Shown here: positions 1 through 12,524 of the stretch, one piece after another | How positions within the stretch are numbered: the first letter of the stretch is position 1 | Layout: every line of letters begins with the position of its first letter | NCBI GenBank assembly: GCA_976551045.1 | Contig: CDPCPM010000033.1 | Span: 19,096,001-19,160,000 of the forward strand | DNA length: 64,000 nucleotides | Direction: 5' to 3' | Origin: Glaucostegus cemiculus | Lineage: Eukaryota | The notes under the pieces: model-generated | What the model was told of the DNA's origin: nothing | Database searches by the model: none | Seen by the model: the letters and a program-made list of their open reading frames with translations, nothing else | Made by a program: the position numbers and the translations under genes

Positions 1-133
1 GGAGTTATACAGTGAGAATAATGAAGTATTATGGAGAACAAAAGACCATGAGGGGGCTTACACACCCTCGTGGATTTTCCACTTTTCAATAAGATTCTGA
101 CTAATTTTTATCCACTTCAACCCCATTTTCTTG

Positions 134-326
134 CCACACACAAAGCACTGGAGGAAGTCTATGGGTCAGGTGGCATTTATGGAGGAAACTGGACAGTTGA
201 CATTACGGTTTAAGAACCTTTGTCTACTGTCCATTTCCCTCCATAGATGGTCCCTGACCCATTGAGTTCTCTCAGTGCTTCGAATGTTGCTCCAGATTTC
301 CAGCATCCACAGTTTCTTGTGTCACT
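134..326. mobile_element. Short palindromic Penelope-like (PLE) terminal-repeat insertion
   Basis: Imperfect ~59-bp inverted arms at 143-201 and 222-280. Ends in TCCAGATTTCCAGCATCCACAGTTTCTTGTGTC, like the PLE terminus near 2780-2816. Flanked by the 9-bp direct repeat ATTTTCTTG (125-133, 327-335). Confidence 0.75.
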
Positions 327-1015
327 ATTTTCTTGAATTAGATCCATCTCCCATGATTCCTTTAATTTCTAAAAAAGCTCTGAATCATGATCCTGATTAT
401 ACTCAGCAATTGAGCCTCCACAGCTCTCTTGGACAGAGAATTCCAAAGGTTTAGTACCGTCTAGAAAAAAAAAACTTCTTCTAACCTCAGACCTGAATGT
501 CTGACTCCCTATTTTGAGACTGTGACCCCTGATTCTAGGAAGTCCAGCCACAGGAAACATAATCCCAGCATCTACTCTGTTACACCCCTTAGAAATTTTG
601 TCTGTTTCAATAAGGTCACCTCTCATCCTTCTAAACTCAAGAGAGTACCATCCCAATGTGTTTAATCTCTCTTCTTTGGACAAACCTACGATCCCAGGAA
701 TCAATCTGGTAAACTTTTGCCACAGGAAAACAAGCACATTTTTCTTTAGATGAATGACCAGACCTGTACAAAATATTCCAAATGTGGTCTCACCAAGACC
801 TCATATAATTGGAGCAGAACATCTCTCCTTTTGTGCTCAAGTTGCAGTAAAAAACAATATACATTTGCCTTCCTAATTGTTTGCTGTATTAGCACATTAT
901 CTTCCAGTGGTTTGCTTAGGTCTCTCTTAATTTTACAGTCTGTGACCATTTAAAAATAGATTGTCTTTCTGTATTTTCTACTAATATGACCACATACTTT
1001 TCCACATTAAATATC

Positions 1016-1998
1016 AAATTAGTTTATTTTTGTGACATGTACTGAGGTACAGTGAAAAACTTTGTTTTGCATGCCATTCATACAGATCATTTCATCACAT
1101 CAGTACATAGAGGTAGTGCAAGAGAAAAACAACAGCAGAATGAAGTGTTACAGCTACAGAGAAAGTGTAGTGCAGGCAGACAATAAGGTGCTAGGCCATA
1201 ACAAGGCAGATTTTGAGGTCATGAGTCCACCTTATTGTACTAGGGGACTATTCAATAGACTTATAACAGGAGGAAGGCAACTGTCCTTGAGCCTGGTGGG
1301 TACATACTTTCAGGCTTTTGTATCTTCTGCCAGATGGGAGAGGGGAGAAGAGAGAATATCCAGGTTGGTGGGGTCTTTACAACGTATGGAACATAGATCA
1401 GTACAGCACAGAACAGGCCTTTGGCCCACAATGTTGTGCCAACATAGCTCTGCTACCTACAGAATGCCCAGATCCCTCCATTTTCCTCTCATTCACATGC
1501 CCATCCAAGCTCCTCTTAAAAGCCCCCATTGAGTTTGCCTCCACCATTCTACCATGCAATGCATTCCAGGCATCCACCACTCTCTGAGTAAAAAATTTAT
1601 CCCTCATGTCTCTTCTGAAATTACCCCCTCTCATCATAAATGCATGTTGGTTGCTTTACCTAGGCAGTGAGAAGTGCAGACAGAGTCTGTGGAGGGAAAG
1701 CTGGTTTCTGTGATGTGCTTAGCTGTGTCCACAATTCTCTGCAGTTTCTTGCGGTCTCGGGCAGAACAGTTGCCATGCCAAGCTGTGATGCATCTGGATA
1801 GGATGCTTTCTATGGTGCAGCAATAAAAACTGGTGAGGTTTGACAGGGACATGCCAAATTTCTTTAGCCTCTTGAGGAAGTAGAGGCAACAGTGAGCTTC
1901 CTTGGCTACGACATCTATGTAGTTAGAACAGGACAGGCTATTGGTGATGTTCATTCCTAGGAACTTGGAAGCTATCAACCCTCTTGACCTCAGCACCA
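1016..1998 (-). mobile_element. Rex1/Babar non-LTR retrotransposon, 5'-truncated, interrupted at 1379-1646
   Basis: ORF 1634-1999(-) reads KFLG..ITNSLS...LYFLKRLKKFGMS..LTSFY.CTIESIL..CITAW.GNCS.RDRKKLQR, the Rex/Babar RT C-terminus. The 3' tail reads TTTTTCACTGTACCTCAGTACATGTCACAAAAATAAA on the minus strand. Confidence 0.85.
1379..1646 (-). mobile_element. CR1 3' end fragment nested in the Rex element
   Basis: ORF 1398-1637(-) FFTQRVVDAWNAL...FKRSLD is the CR1 ORF2 C-terminus, followed by the 3' UTR hairpin region. Rex sequence resumes on both sides. Confidence 0.85.
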
Positions 1999-2184
1999 CC
2001 AGCCACCATTTAATCTGTCTATATCTCTCTGGAGCCTCTCTATATCCTCCTCAGAATGCACATCAGCAAACTCAGATATATCATACTTGACCCTTCATCT
2101 ATATCATTGTTATTGATTGTGAGTATCTCAGGCCCTGAGCTACTCATGCCCTAGTCAGTCTCTCAACCTGAAAATGATTATTTT

Positions 2185-2816
2185 TCCCTCCCCTCTTTTT
2201 TATTCCCCCTTTCCGCCTCACCTCCTTCTGATCCTTCTCTGGTTCTCCCAATTTATCCCTCTTCCCACACACCACTCCCTTCCTGCCCTCCATCACCCAT
2301 CTTCGTTCCCCTCCTCCTCCTGGTCCCATCCACCCACTACACACACAGTTGGTGCATAGGCCCCTCCCCTTCTCCCCTGTCTGGTTTGGTTCCATCTGTC
2401 ATTCACCTCTCCCCTAATGCATTTCATTATCACGCCCTTTACTTATCAGAGGCCAGCACTGGTAGCCCTTTGTGTTCCTGCTTATCTCCCTCCAATAGTT
2501 GTCTCCAACCTTCATTCTCCCCTCTTCCCACTTTGCTCCATCTGCTTCTTTTTTTTCTGTCTCTGTCTGCCTCCATCTATCATTCAACTGCCACTGTTTC
2601 CCAACTCCACCCCCACTCCCCTCCCCTACCACAAGTGCAACCCCTCCTCAGTTTACCAACCAGATCTCACCTCTCCACTCTCAGTCCCGATGCAGGATTT
2701 CAACCTGAACTGTTGACAAATCCTTTCCCCCCAGTAGGTGCTCCTCGACCTGCTGTGTTCATCCAGCAGATTGTTTGTTGCTCCAGATTCCAGCAACTGC
2801 AGTCAGTTGTGTCTCC
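2185..2816 (+). mobile_element. Penelope-like element 3' region / pseudo-LTR with degenerate hammerhead motif
   Basis: Pyrimidine-rich tract, then CAGTC-CCGATGC-AGGATTTCAACCT-GAAC (2682-2710) and the terminus CTCCAGATTCCAGCAACTGCAGTC..TGTGTCTCC. Possible 10-bp TSD TGATTATTTT / TGATTTTTTT (2175-2184, 2817-2826). Confidence 0.7.
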
Positions 2817-3165
2817 TGATTTTTTTACATATTCCACCCATTGACCAATCCCCAATCCATGCCAGTATATTCTGTCAATGCCATACACACTAATATTGTT
2901 TAATAACTTTTTGTGTAGCACCTTATTGAAAGTCTTCCACACATCTATATATGCCACATCAGCTGGTTCATCCCCATCTATTCTGCCATTTACAGCCTCA
3001 ATAAGCTCTAACAGACTTAGTAATTATGATTCCCTTTCATAAATCCATGTTGCTTCTGCCTGGTCCTGTTATTAATTTCCAAGTGCCGTGTTACTGGTTT
3101 CTCAACTTTTCCTCACTACTGATATCACGTGAGCTAGTCTACAGTTACTTGTTTTCTCTCTATTT

Positions 3166-4157
3166 CTCACTGCCTCTGTAAAGCAGTCAGCATAATCAGA
3201 GACGCCACCCATCTGGAATATTCTCTCTTCTCCCCTGTCCCATCAGACAGAAGGTACAAAAGCCTGAAAGTACGTGCCACCAGACTCAAGGACAGCTTCT
3301 GTCCCGTTGTTATAAAACTATTGAACGGTTCCCTAGTTTGTCCCCTTTGACCCTCACCAACTTTTACCAATGCACCATAGAAAGCATCCTATCTGGATGT
3401 ATCATGGCTTGGAATGGCAACTGTTCTGCCCAGGACCACAAGTAGCTGCAGAGAGTTGTGCATCACAGGCACCAGCCTCCCCTCCTTGGACTCTGTCTTT
3501 ACCTCTCATTGTCTTGGTGTAGCGGCCAGCATAATCAAAGACCCCACCCATCCGGGACATTCTCTCTTATCTCATCTTCCATCGGGTAGAAGATACAGGT
3601 GCCTGAGGGCACGTACCACCAAACTTAAGGACAGCTTCTATCCCACTGTGATAAAACTATTGCATGGTTCTCTTATACAATGAGATGGACTATGACCTCA
3701 CGATCTACCTTGCTGTGACCTTGCACCTTATTGCACTTCCTCTGTAGCTGTGACACTTTACTCTGTATTGTTACTGTTTTTACTGTACTACATCAATGCG
3801 CTTTGTACTAACAATGTAACTACACTGTGTAATGAATTGACCTGTATGAATGGTTTGTAAAACAAGTTTTTCACTGTACCTCGGTATAAGTGACAATATT
3901 AAAGCAATACCAATGCAATTCCAATAGTACGACGAGATGGACTCTTGACTTTACAATCTACCTCGTTATGACCTTGCACCTTATTGTCTACCTGCACTGT
4001 ACTTTCTCTGTAGATGCGATGCTGTGCTCTGCATTCTGTATTGTTTTACCTTGTACTACCTCAAGGTACTGTATAATGAATTGATCTGTATGAACGGTAT
4101 GCAAGACAAATTTTTTGCTGTACCTCGGTACAAGCGACAATAATAAAGCAATTCCAG
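3166..4157 (+). mobile_element. Rex1/Babar 3' fragment (outer copy, split by the inner copy at 3338-3924)
   Basis: 3166-3337 encodes a PS.RRY.SL...TRLKDSF.P motif. The 3' UTR resumes at 3925 and ends GTACCTCGGTACAAGCGACAATAATAAAGC. Confidence 0.85.
3338..3924 (+). mobile_element. Rex1/Babar 3' fragment inserted into a related Rex copy
   Basis: ORF 3414-3683 reads SIIKDPTHPGHSLLSHLPSGRRYRCLRARTTKLKDSFYP. It has its own 3' tail and is flanked by TAGT at 3334-3337 and 3925-3928. Confidence 0.85.
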
Positions 4158-5029
4158 TTCTTTAAGAGTGGGGTTATATTTGCTACTTTCCAATGTGGGA
4201 ACTTTTTCAGAATCTGCAGAATTTTGGAAGATATTACCCAGTGCATCCACTGTCTCCACAGCCGCCTTCTTCATTGGGTCCTGGGGTTTACCACGCTTCA
4301 TTTCTATTAACTTGTGCAATACTAATGTTTCACTACTAATATTCCTTGAGCACGTTCTCTCTAGATCCGCACTGTTTTGTTATTTCCAGTGGTTTTCTGT
4401 GTCTTCTTTCACAAAGACAAACAGAAGTATTTATTAATTTTTCTGCCATGTCTTTATTCCCAAGTATAATTTCTCCTGTCTGTGATGGACCCAGGTTAAA
4501 ATTTATTGATCTTTTTACTTTTTGCATGGTGTAGATGTTTTTACAGTTTTGTTTTATTTTTTTCATATTCTACTTTCCCTTTTCTTATCAATGCCTTGGT
4601 CTTCTTTTCCTGAGTTCCGAAATTTTCCAAATTCTCCAGCTTATTACTTTTTTTGGCAACATTACTTGTCTTTTCCATTGATTTAATTCTGTCTATAACT
4701 TCTCAAAACACTTGGCTGGACTACTTTTTCTGCTAGTTTGTTTTTGCCTTAAAGTGATGTCTGTAAACTATGTACTAATTCTTTAAATATGAGCCAAAGC
4801 TTGTTTATTTTGGCTTTCCAATCTACCAACTCTAACTCATACCTTATGAATTTGTAGTTTGCTGTATTCAGATTTAACTCACTTTCAATTTTCATATAAA
4901 ATCCTGTGTTATTAGATTCAATATTCCCTAAAAACCTTTTAGCTACCAAATCATCAAATAGCAATAATTAAAAAAACTAGATCTAAAATACCCTGTGCCC
5001 ATTTTGACTTCCCAAAGTCAATAAAAAAG

Positions 5030-5362
5030 TTTGCACTTGTCGGGATTAAATTCCACTTACCAGTGCTCTGCCCATCTTTCCATTTGACCTACGTCCTAGT
5101 GTAGCCTTGGATAACCCTTCCTCGCTATTCACAACACCACCAGTTACTAAAAGTTACTAATCACACTACCAAGTCATTAATATATATCACAAACAACAAA
5201 ATTTCCAGCACTAATCTTTGTTGTACACTAGTCACAGACCTCCAATCAGAAAAGCATCCATCTACACAATCACGAAGCCAATTTTGGATTCAATTAGCCA
5301 ACTCCCCTTGGATCGCATGCGCATTAACCTCCTGGACCATTTGACCATGTGGGACTTTGTCA
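5030..5362 (-). mobile_element. CR1 RT-domain fragment
   Basis: Reverse complement resembles the CR1 RT segment from DKVPH (TGACAAAGTCCCACATGG) to the W..EFNP.KC region; degenerate. Confidence 0.65.
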
Positions 5363-5554
5363 TATAAAATTGACTTGCATATGAGAATGAAAAGTAACAT
5401 TTCAAAATCTGAAAACTGATAGTACAGCAAATAGTGAGTTTAATACAATTGGCTGTGACAGGACATATGCTGCAAGTGGCTTACCAAGTTTAACACAGAT
5501 ATACATCAAGCAATGAACTTCAAAAACAGCCTCAAAATCAAAAGTATTTTGTGC

Positions 5555-6140
5555 CAAAGCAGGGAAATTATTCTAAATATTTATAAACTTCCAGTTAGGC
5601 TAAGACTAGAGTGTTGTATGAGGTTCAGATCACTGCATTTTAGGCAGGATACAAAAGTCCTTGAGAATGGTCACAGGGATGAGGAAATTTAGCCATAAAG
5701 TTAGTTTGGAGAAGCTAGGCTATTTCTCCTTGGATCAGTGAAGATTGGTGGAAGATTTCATGGAGGTTACAAGATCATGACAGGTTTGGATAAGGAAAAC
5801 AAAGAAACATTCTTCCCATTAACTAATAGTACAAGGACTAGGAGATGAAGATTAATACTTTAGACAAAAGATCTTGGGGTATATGAAGAAGAACTTTATT
5901 AAACTATAAGTGGTAAAGAGCTGGAATTTGCTTTCCATTAGTGTGGTGATTGAGGACACACACAATAATTTCAGAAGAAAAGTAGATACTTAAGAGAAAT
6001 AAACTTGTAGGTTACAGGGATCAAGTGAGGTGTGGGTGTGGGGTGTTAGGCCAGACTTGATGGTTCTACGGAGAGCTGCCATGAACTTGGTGGGACCAGT
6101 GGCTTCTTTGTGCCACTTCCATGACTCCACAACTCTATAA
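5555..6140 (+). mobile_element. Old CR1 3' end
   Basis: Degenerate LYK.LVR..LEYC..W to LEKLG.FSL...RL.GD segment, followed by a CR1-like 3' UTR. Confidence 0.7.
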
Positions 6141-7494
6141 TGTTCTCATGAAACCAGGGAGACACAAGTACTGATTAGGTCAGTATAAATAAACCTTGCA
6201 TCAACTCCTGACATGAAATGCAACACCACAGCACCACCATTCTGCAGGTTTGCCAACATTAATATTAGGAGCAATGCGCTGTGCAGAATACTGAGAGCAA
6301 AACATCGAGAAAGGTTGGTCTGGAGACACAGGATCAAGGTGCCTCAACCAAGGTGTCTCTTTTACTTTTAAATTTATATAAAGAAACCTGGAAATTCAAT
6401 CATGGAACAGCTGTTTTTCACATGTAAAACAAGCACTGAAGGACCAATATGGTGTCCAACATGCATGTTCTCACTGTGGCAGGTATGTCTCTCATGTCAT
6501 TTCTGTTAAAACCTTGACATCCATTTCTGGACACTTCCTAAAAATAATTGGTGCCTTATTGTGGCAGCAGTGCTTCATCAAACTGCACTGTTAACCTAAT
6601 GCGTAGTGTAATGTCATCCAACACTTGCAACCCTCCTAATTTTCCCATTTGTCTCCAGTGCCACTATTGTCCTGGTCCTGGTGTCCAGAATGGGCTAGAG
6701 AAACATTGTACATTTTTGCTACCTCCTGTTTCCCCTCTCTTTTCTGAGATAGGACAAAGATTCTGTCCCTTACACGTCTGGATATCACCTCCTGAAGCAG
6801 AGCAAGATCCAGACTAACAATAAGTATGTCCTGCTTTGAACAACAAAATGACAATAGTTTGAAAGATCATTATGACTTTCAGAATCTATTTGACAAATTT
6901 ATCCTTGCTGATGAATATTATCATTGGTTTTTCCAAAGCAGGACAGAATTGTGACAAGGACATTTATCTCAATGAGGTTTCCTAGTCATATAAGTGAAAG
7001 GTGCTTCAGTTTTTGTTGTGCATGAAATATGCCACCAGCTGTGAAATATTTACACCAGAGGAAGAAATACTTAACTGTCTTAATATGGTGATAGAAAGCC
7101 TGATAAAAAAGTTTACAAGATGCAGCATATTGTCTCATCTGTAATTGGAGCCAATAATGTGTTGTACATAATATCTTATGCAGGCTTAAATCCAGCTTGG
7201 AAAAATATGCTGAGTGTCTCTTTCTTTCTCTACCTCGAGATAAGAAAATGTTGGTCACCCATTTTTGTCTCTGATTTGCTGTGGTTGAACTGTGTTGGAA
7301 GTGCATTAGAAACCATACTGACTTGTCCAGGCTGCCCTCCGAAATCAAAGGGAGTTTAATAAATATTTGCCAGTTGAAGCCTTGTAACTGGTTTATTTTT
7401 ACAGCACATTTCTGCAGGAAGCAGGTGATGCATGGATTTGTTAAATGAAACAAATATGCAAAGTTCCCATGCAGGCAAGAAAGAAGGAAGACTG

Positions 7495-8115
7495 GGCTCT
7501 AGCTTCTATCGGATAATGGGTGTTCCTTAGGGACAGCAGATAAGTGATTGCCCCATATTGCCTTATATGTTCCAGTCCAGAACGTGAAGTGGTAACCAAG
7601 AGGATGAGCTTTCACTCACTCAGTATTCAGTTGGTCTGTGACTATAGATATAGATAATTTGTGTGTCTGGTTTACTTACAGTTACCTTAATGCTTTTACC
7701 CTGCACTAGTTCTCAGCTTCTTCTACTCTACCAGCCAGGGCAACAGATATCTTCTGGCTGCTTTGTGAGAGCAGTGTCCTCTGAGCCCAAGGTTCAGGTG
7801 CACAGACACTGAGGGTTGTTAATCAAAACCATTCCTTTTCCAGAGATCTCATTGCTCAGGCACTTGGCATCTTGAATCAGAGATTCCTCTGGAATTATCC
7901 TGGATAATTCAAAGCCTTGAATGTCTGCAGAGTCCAAGATTCAGTGCCCTTTGCTGCACAGTCAGTAGCTTTGCCCTAGAAAGCTATCAATCCACCTGGA
8001 GAAGAAAAGATGGAGGTGCAACAACAGGAAGAAGAGTCAGTAAAGGATCAAAGGCCACCAACCTTGCCAGAGCAGCAAATCCTTCAGGAAGGTGATTGAA
8101 TTGTCATAGCTGATC
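7495..8115 (+). mobile_element. PIF/Harbinger (HARBI1-like DDE) transposase fossil
   Basis: 7851-7892 translates IAQALGILNQRFLW, resembling the conserved IE.AFG.LK.RF.CL motif. Upstream LLSDNG (~7504) resembles LLGD.GY, and an acidic E-rich tail lies near 8000-8050. Confidence 0.5.
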
Positions 8116-8629
8116 TTCACCAATTGTTTCTCCTATATTGTAACATATAGTCCTCAGATAAATTCTCAGAACGTTGTCATTGTAATGGGGATTTCTTTCA
8201 GTTAGAAAGAATCAACAAGAAACACCAACTGAAAGGAACAGTCCACACCTAAAACAAAAACTGGGTCTAAACCATTCATTGTGCTATGGTGAAAAAGAAG
8301 CAAGAAGTAGGATAGCAGTTACTTGCAAGGAAGATGAATGACATCTCAGAAAAACACCATTTTATTTTGAAGGGAGTAAAGTGACAGACATCCTGCTGAG
8401 GATGTCCTCCAGCCTTACCAATTGCAGTGACACACCTGACAAGCAGATTCTCCCATTGGCCACAGGAACTGATCTGTGTGTCAGAAGTTGATTAGATAGA
8501 TGTGGTATATAGGGTATCAAGGGATAAGCAATTGTGAGGGCAGAGGCAGCTGCAGTTAATGCAAGTAGCACTAGCAAGTAATTTAATGGTGTGGTACTGT
8601 GTCAGGAAGTGAGAAAGACATTCATGATC

Positions 8630-8965
8630 TCAGGATGTCTGAAAGCTCTTTGAAGCAATTAGGTAGGTTTGGAATTGCAGTCATTATTATAAGGTAGGGA
8701 AAAAAGAGCAACATTCTAATGACCCAGTAAGTTATTTTAGAGAAATTTATTGAGAGATAAAGATAGACCATAGATCATACCCTTGGTCTTCTAACGAATG
8801 GTGCCATGGGATCTTTTACTTTGATACAAAGCAGGTAAGTCCTTGGTTTAATGTCACATCCAAATGGCAGCATCTGCAATGATGTAGCGGTGAATTTGAA
8901 CTTAGATTTTAGTGCTAGAATCTCTGGGATAGGGGCTAAAGCTATAATCTTGTGAGTTAGAGTTA
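8630..8965 (-). mobile_element. Deu-domain SINE (SacSINE1/AmnSINE1-like), decayed
   Basis: Contains GTGCCATGGGATCTTTTAC...CCTTGGTTTAATGTCACATCCAAATGGCAGCA, recognisable as the Deu-domain core in reverse. Confidence 0.7.
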
Positions 8966-9289
8966 TAGCGAGACACCACATGGAGGCAGACCCTTCAGCC
9001 CTTCAAATTTGCGCTGAACGTCAATCACTCATTTACACCAGTCCTACATTAACCCCATTTTTATTTTCCCCACATTTCCATCAGCTTGAGTGTTGAGAGT
9101 GCCACCATATACTTGAGTGCTGAAATTCCAGGTAATGCAGAGGGTAAGAGTAATGTATGGAGCTGATATCTAACCTAGTATGTCTACTCAGTTCATTACA
9201 TTCCTTGCATTATCACAGACATTTCCTGAGTGTGTTGGTCCTTTGATTAAACTACCCTCCCACACTGAACTATTGCTGTGAAGATATTA

Positions 9290-9554
9290 ATTTTAATTTA
9301 TTTTAATTTAATTTTATTTTATTTGCAGCGTGGTAACAGGCCCTTACGGCCCAACGAGTCCGCACCGCCATTTTAAACCCCCAAATTAACCTACCCATAC
9401 GTCTTTAGAATGTGGGAGGAAGCTGGAGCGCCTGGAAGAAACCCACGCAGACACGGGAGAACGTACAAACTCCTTACAGTCAGCGACGGGAATCGAACCC
9501 CGATCGCTGGCGCTGTAACATTGTCGCGCTAACCGCTACGCTATCATGCCGCCC
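9290..9554 (-). mobile_element. tRNA-derived V-SINE (HE1-like) with CR1-type tail; relatively young
   Basis: Minus strand shows A box TAGCGTAGCGG, B box GGTTCGATTCC, V domain GGGTTTCTTCCAGGCGCTCCAGCTTCCTCCCACATTC, and tail GGGCCGTAAGGGCCTGTTACC plus an A/T-rich repeat. CpGs are retained. Confidence 0.9.
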
Positions 9555-11257
9555 TAAGGTTGGTAATATTTTCTTGTCTCTTTCCTGGATACTTTTTCAT
9601 TGAGGACCTCAAAAACAATGTCTGATCATCCAGAGTCTTATTCATTCTGGCATCACATTTACCTTACAAAAAATGACTCAAAGCATTTATTCCACTCAGT
9701 CCAAGTGCTCTTCTCCTTTAAGAGGTAGAAACTGTCTTTAAATGACATTACTGCTGCCTGATTTCTCCCCTTCAATCAGTGAGCTGCCAATAAACAGTGT
9801 GAGGAGTACTGGCAGTTCCCCAATCATAATCAACTGAGACACAAGCATTTAGCTTGTGCCTCTCACCAATGTCATTGGCAAATTGAGTTTGGCATATTGT
9901 TGGGATAGTATAGAATACAAAGAAAGTACTTATAGTCATCTAACATAGCATACCTTCAACTAGTGGTGCGCAAAGCTGGCTTTGAATACAATAAGGACAA
10001 TTCAGCTCTTTGCATTGTTTTATATTAACAGGTAAAATAATCACAGAAAAAAAACCAAAATATTGCAAAGCTATTCAAAAAAAGATGCATGATATTAACT
10101 CATAGCACAGTAGAGATTACTGGACCTTGTTCTTTAAAGTCTTAACAGATTTTGATACAGTGTACTGCTGCATGTAGTTCATTCATTAATACATTGAATT
10201 AGCACATGGTTAATGCAGTGTGTTTCTGTGCTTATTCCAGGATACGATTTTCCCATCTGCTTCACACTAAACACTTTAATAATGGGACCTTCAAGTTCAC
10301 TGACATACTGCAGATGTATGTAAAATAGATAGGCTTGTCTTCCAGTGAGAATCATGTTCTTTACCCTCAATGGTGTTAGCCTTGACAGCATGAAATCTCC
10401 CCCAAATCATAAAATATTTTGGATTAGCAACATTAAATTACATTATAATTCCACAACAGTTTAGCCAGTAATGCTTTTGGAATGGAGATTCCCCCTTCTC
10501 CTTCTGAGCTTACATTACCATTAATAATATATCAACAACTGCTCAGGTGTAAGTAAATATTTTATGACAAGAATTGAACAAGCTAGTATCGATCAAGTTA
10601 GTAAAGATGTGATGTAAACTATTAACAATGTTGCTTAAGATAAACTTTAACTATTGAGTATGCATGCGGCTATTTAACTTGAATCGATAATGTGATATTA
10701 TAACATAAGTCATTAAAATGCTATAAAAATTGCAGTTGTCATTAGCCAAGGACAATGATAGATTCCATGGTAGAATTCACAGCTACTGTACAACAGATCA
10801 GCTTCAGAACAGCCTCTGCTCCTGAGACTATCTTGTAGTTAGCTATCCTGCTCCATACCCTTTGGGTATACTTGTGGCTGTATTTTCCATAATTAGAAAA
10901 AGATTGAGAACTCGTGCACAAATTCCTTTTGGGCGGGAACGAATCGACAGCTTGCTTTACATTCCACCTAATTTTAATTCCCATTGCCTTTAGTGGGAGA
11001 CTCTTTTTCCTCCTTGTCTTTTTCAGCTTTACCATTAGTTAGGCTTCTGAGTTTCTTTGCACAGTTGTTTTAAATAAAGCTGAAAATAAATGAATGCCTG
11101 AGTAGGATAAAGGATCTATATTGGATCCTATGTTCAGTTTTGATGTTTTCAGGTATTTATTGTTTATGCAATATATCTACGTTTATTTTAGGCTGTTTTA
11201 TCTAGTTCTATTAAAGCAAAGCATGTATAGAGAAAATTCCATTTGCTCAGACTCCCT

Positions 11258-11430
11258 GCTGATTATCTAGCTATTATCGCATTGCTCGTTGTGGGGTTTT
11301 TTTGTATGTAAATCTTATTCTACATTTCTATCTATCAACAGAAGCTGCACTTAATAAAATCTTCATTGTTCATAAAATGCTTTTGGACATCCTGAGGTTG
11401 AGAAGGATTCTGTATAATTCCAAGACTTTT
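11258..11430 (+). mobile_element. Deu-SINE 3' tail
   Basis: GATTATCTAGCTATTATCGCATTGCTCGTTGTGGG...TTTTGGACATCCTGAGG...TATAATTCCAAG; homologous to 46880-47025 and, in reverse, to 20421-20560. Confidence 0.65.
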
Positions 11431-12524
11431 CTATCCATTGTGATTTTTGTAACAATGAATATGAACTCACTATAAGAATTTTGACATGAAAGTTTTAAGT
11501 TGGAAAGGTGGGAGGTGTGGATTCAGGAGCAGAATGCTAACCATGTACGGTAACAGTGCATGCCTCCACCATTTTCTAATCACTAAACAGCTGAACACTT
11601 AATGACCAGTTGATTGAAAAAGCATGAGGGTAACCTTAGACTAAATTTATCTACAAATCTGAGCACTTTTGATGTAGTCTCTTTTTAGCTCATTATAAAG
11701 AAATGGTTGTCCATGTTTCAGCTTCCATCTTTTATGCTTCTAAATTCACCTTCCAGCTCCCAAATCCCAACAGCAGCCTCATTGACCCAGCCCTTCATAG
11801 GTTAGAGCCTGCTGGCAGAATAAAGAAGTAGGATTTAGCAGTGTGAACACAGGGAACTAAAACAGTGGTAATATAAAAGTAATTTTAGAGTGGCTGCTGC
11901 AGTAAATCTGTCCCAGAATATTGCTGTCTGAAAGTAACTGCACATTTGCACTTTGAAGAATCTGCTTTCCTGTCTGCTGACTTTTCTGCTACTGTCAATC
12001 ATTAATCACAGACACACATTACCTTGAAGTTTAATAAGCACAAATAAAGTATTTATGTGACATTTTTTACAGCAGCAGTGACTGCCTAACTTTCTTAAGT
12101 GAATTTTAAATACCAGAGGTTTGGAAAAATCATTCAGATATATTTTTCCATTTTATAATTGTGGAGCAGAACTCACTCTGTCTATTGTATATAAATCTAT
12201 TGTGACATTACCATTCTTTGAATCTGAATACTTAGCTGGCTTTCAAATTCAGCTTTTGACTTGTAAGGTCAAACAGTTTGAAACATCACTATTTTTACAA
12301 GATAAAACATAATGAGTATGTGCTGCAGTACAAAAGAATATTACCTTAGTAGCAACTATTTGCAACTCAGAATAGTTTGCTTTGCTGAGATAACTTAAAG
12401 GATGGTGGTGCTGGAATTGGTCTTCACCCCAAAAGATGCAGGGAATGTGGATTAAGGGTGTCATGCAGATGATGGACTAATAGAGGATGGAGGATAGATG
12501 GATAGAATCATACACTTGTTGATC

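Larger units (their letters stand above)
36..4990 (-). mobile_element. Old CR1 (HER1-type) LINE, ORF2 plus 3' UTR, broken into pieces (~36-133, 327-1015, 2000-2175, 2826-3165, 4158-4990) by nested insertions
   Basis: Minus-strand ORF fragments are collinear with CR1 ORF2: RRMRGDLIE..K (369-737), LYEVLVRPHLEYFVQVWS (746-949), YIDVWKTFNKVLH, resembling YLDFQKAFDKVPH (2700-2957), WKVANITPLLK (4061-4246). Many stops and frameshifts. Confidence 0.85.

Noticed and set aside
2144-2844. Cluster of overlapping Pro/Ser/Leu-rich ORFs
   Set aside because: A by-product of the low-complexity C/T-rich PLE tract, which is poor in stop codons.
6240-6860. Additional Myb/SANT-like fragments (e.g. LALLQEVISRR in ORF 6636-6854)
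   Set aside because: Similarity is too weak to support by eye; needs a profile search.
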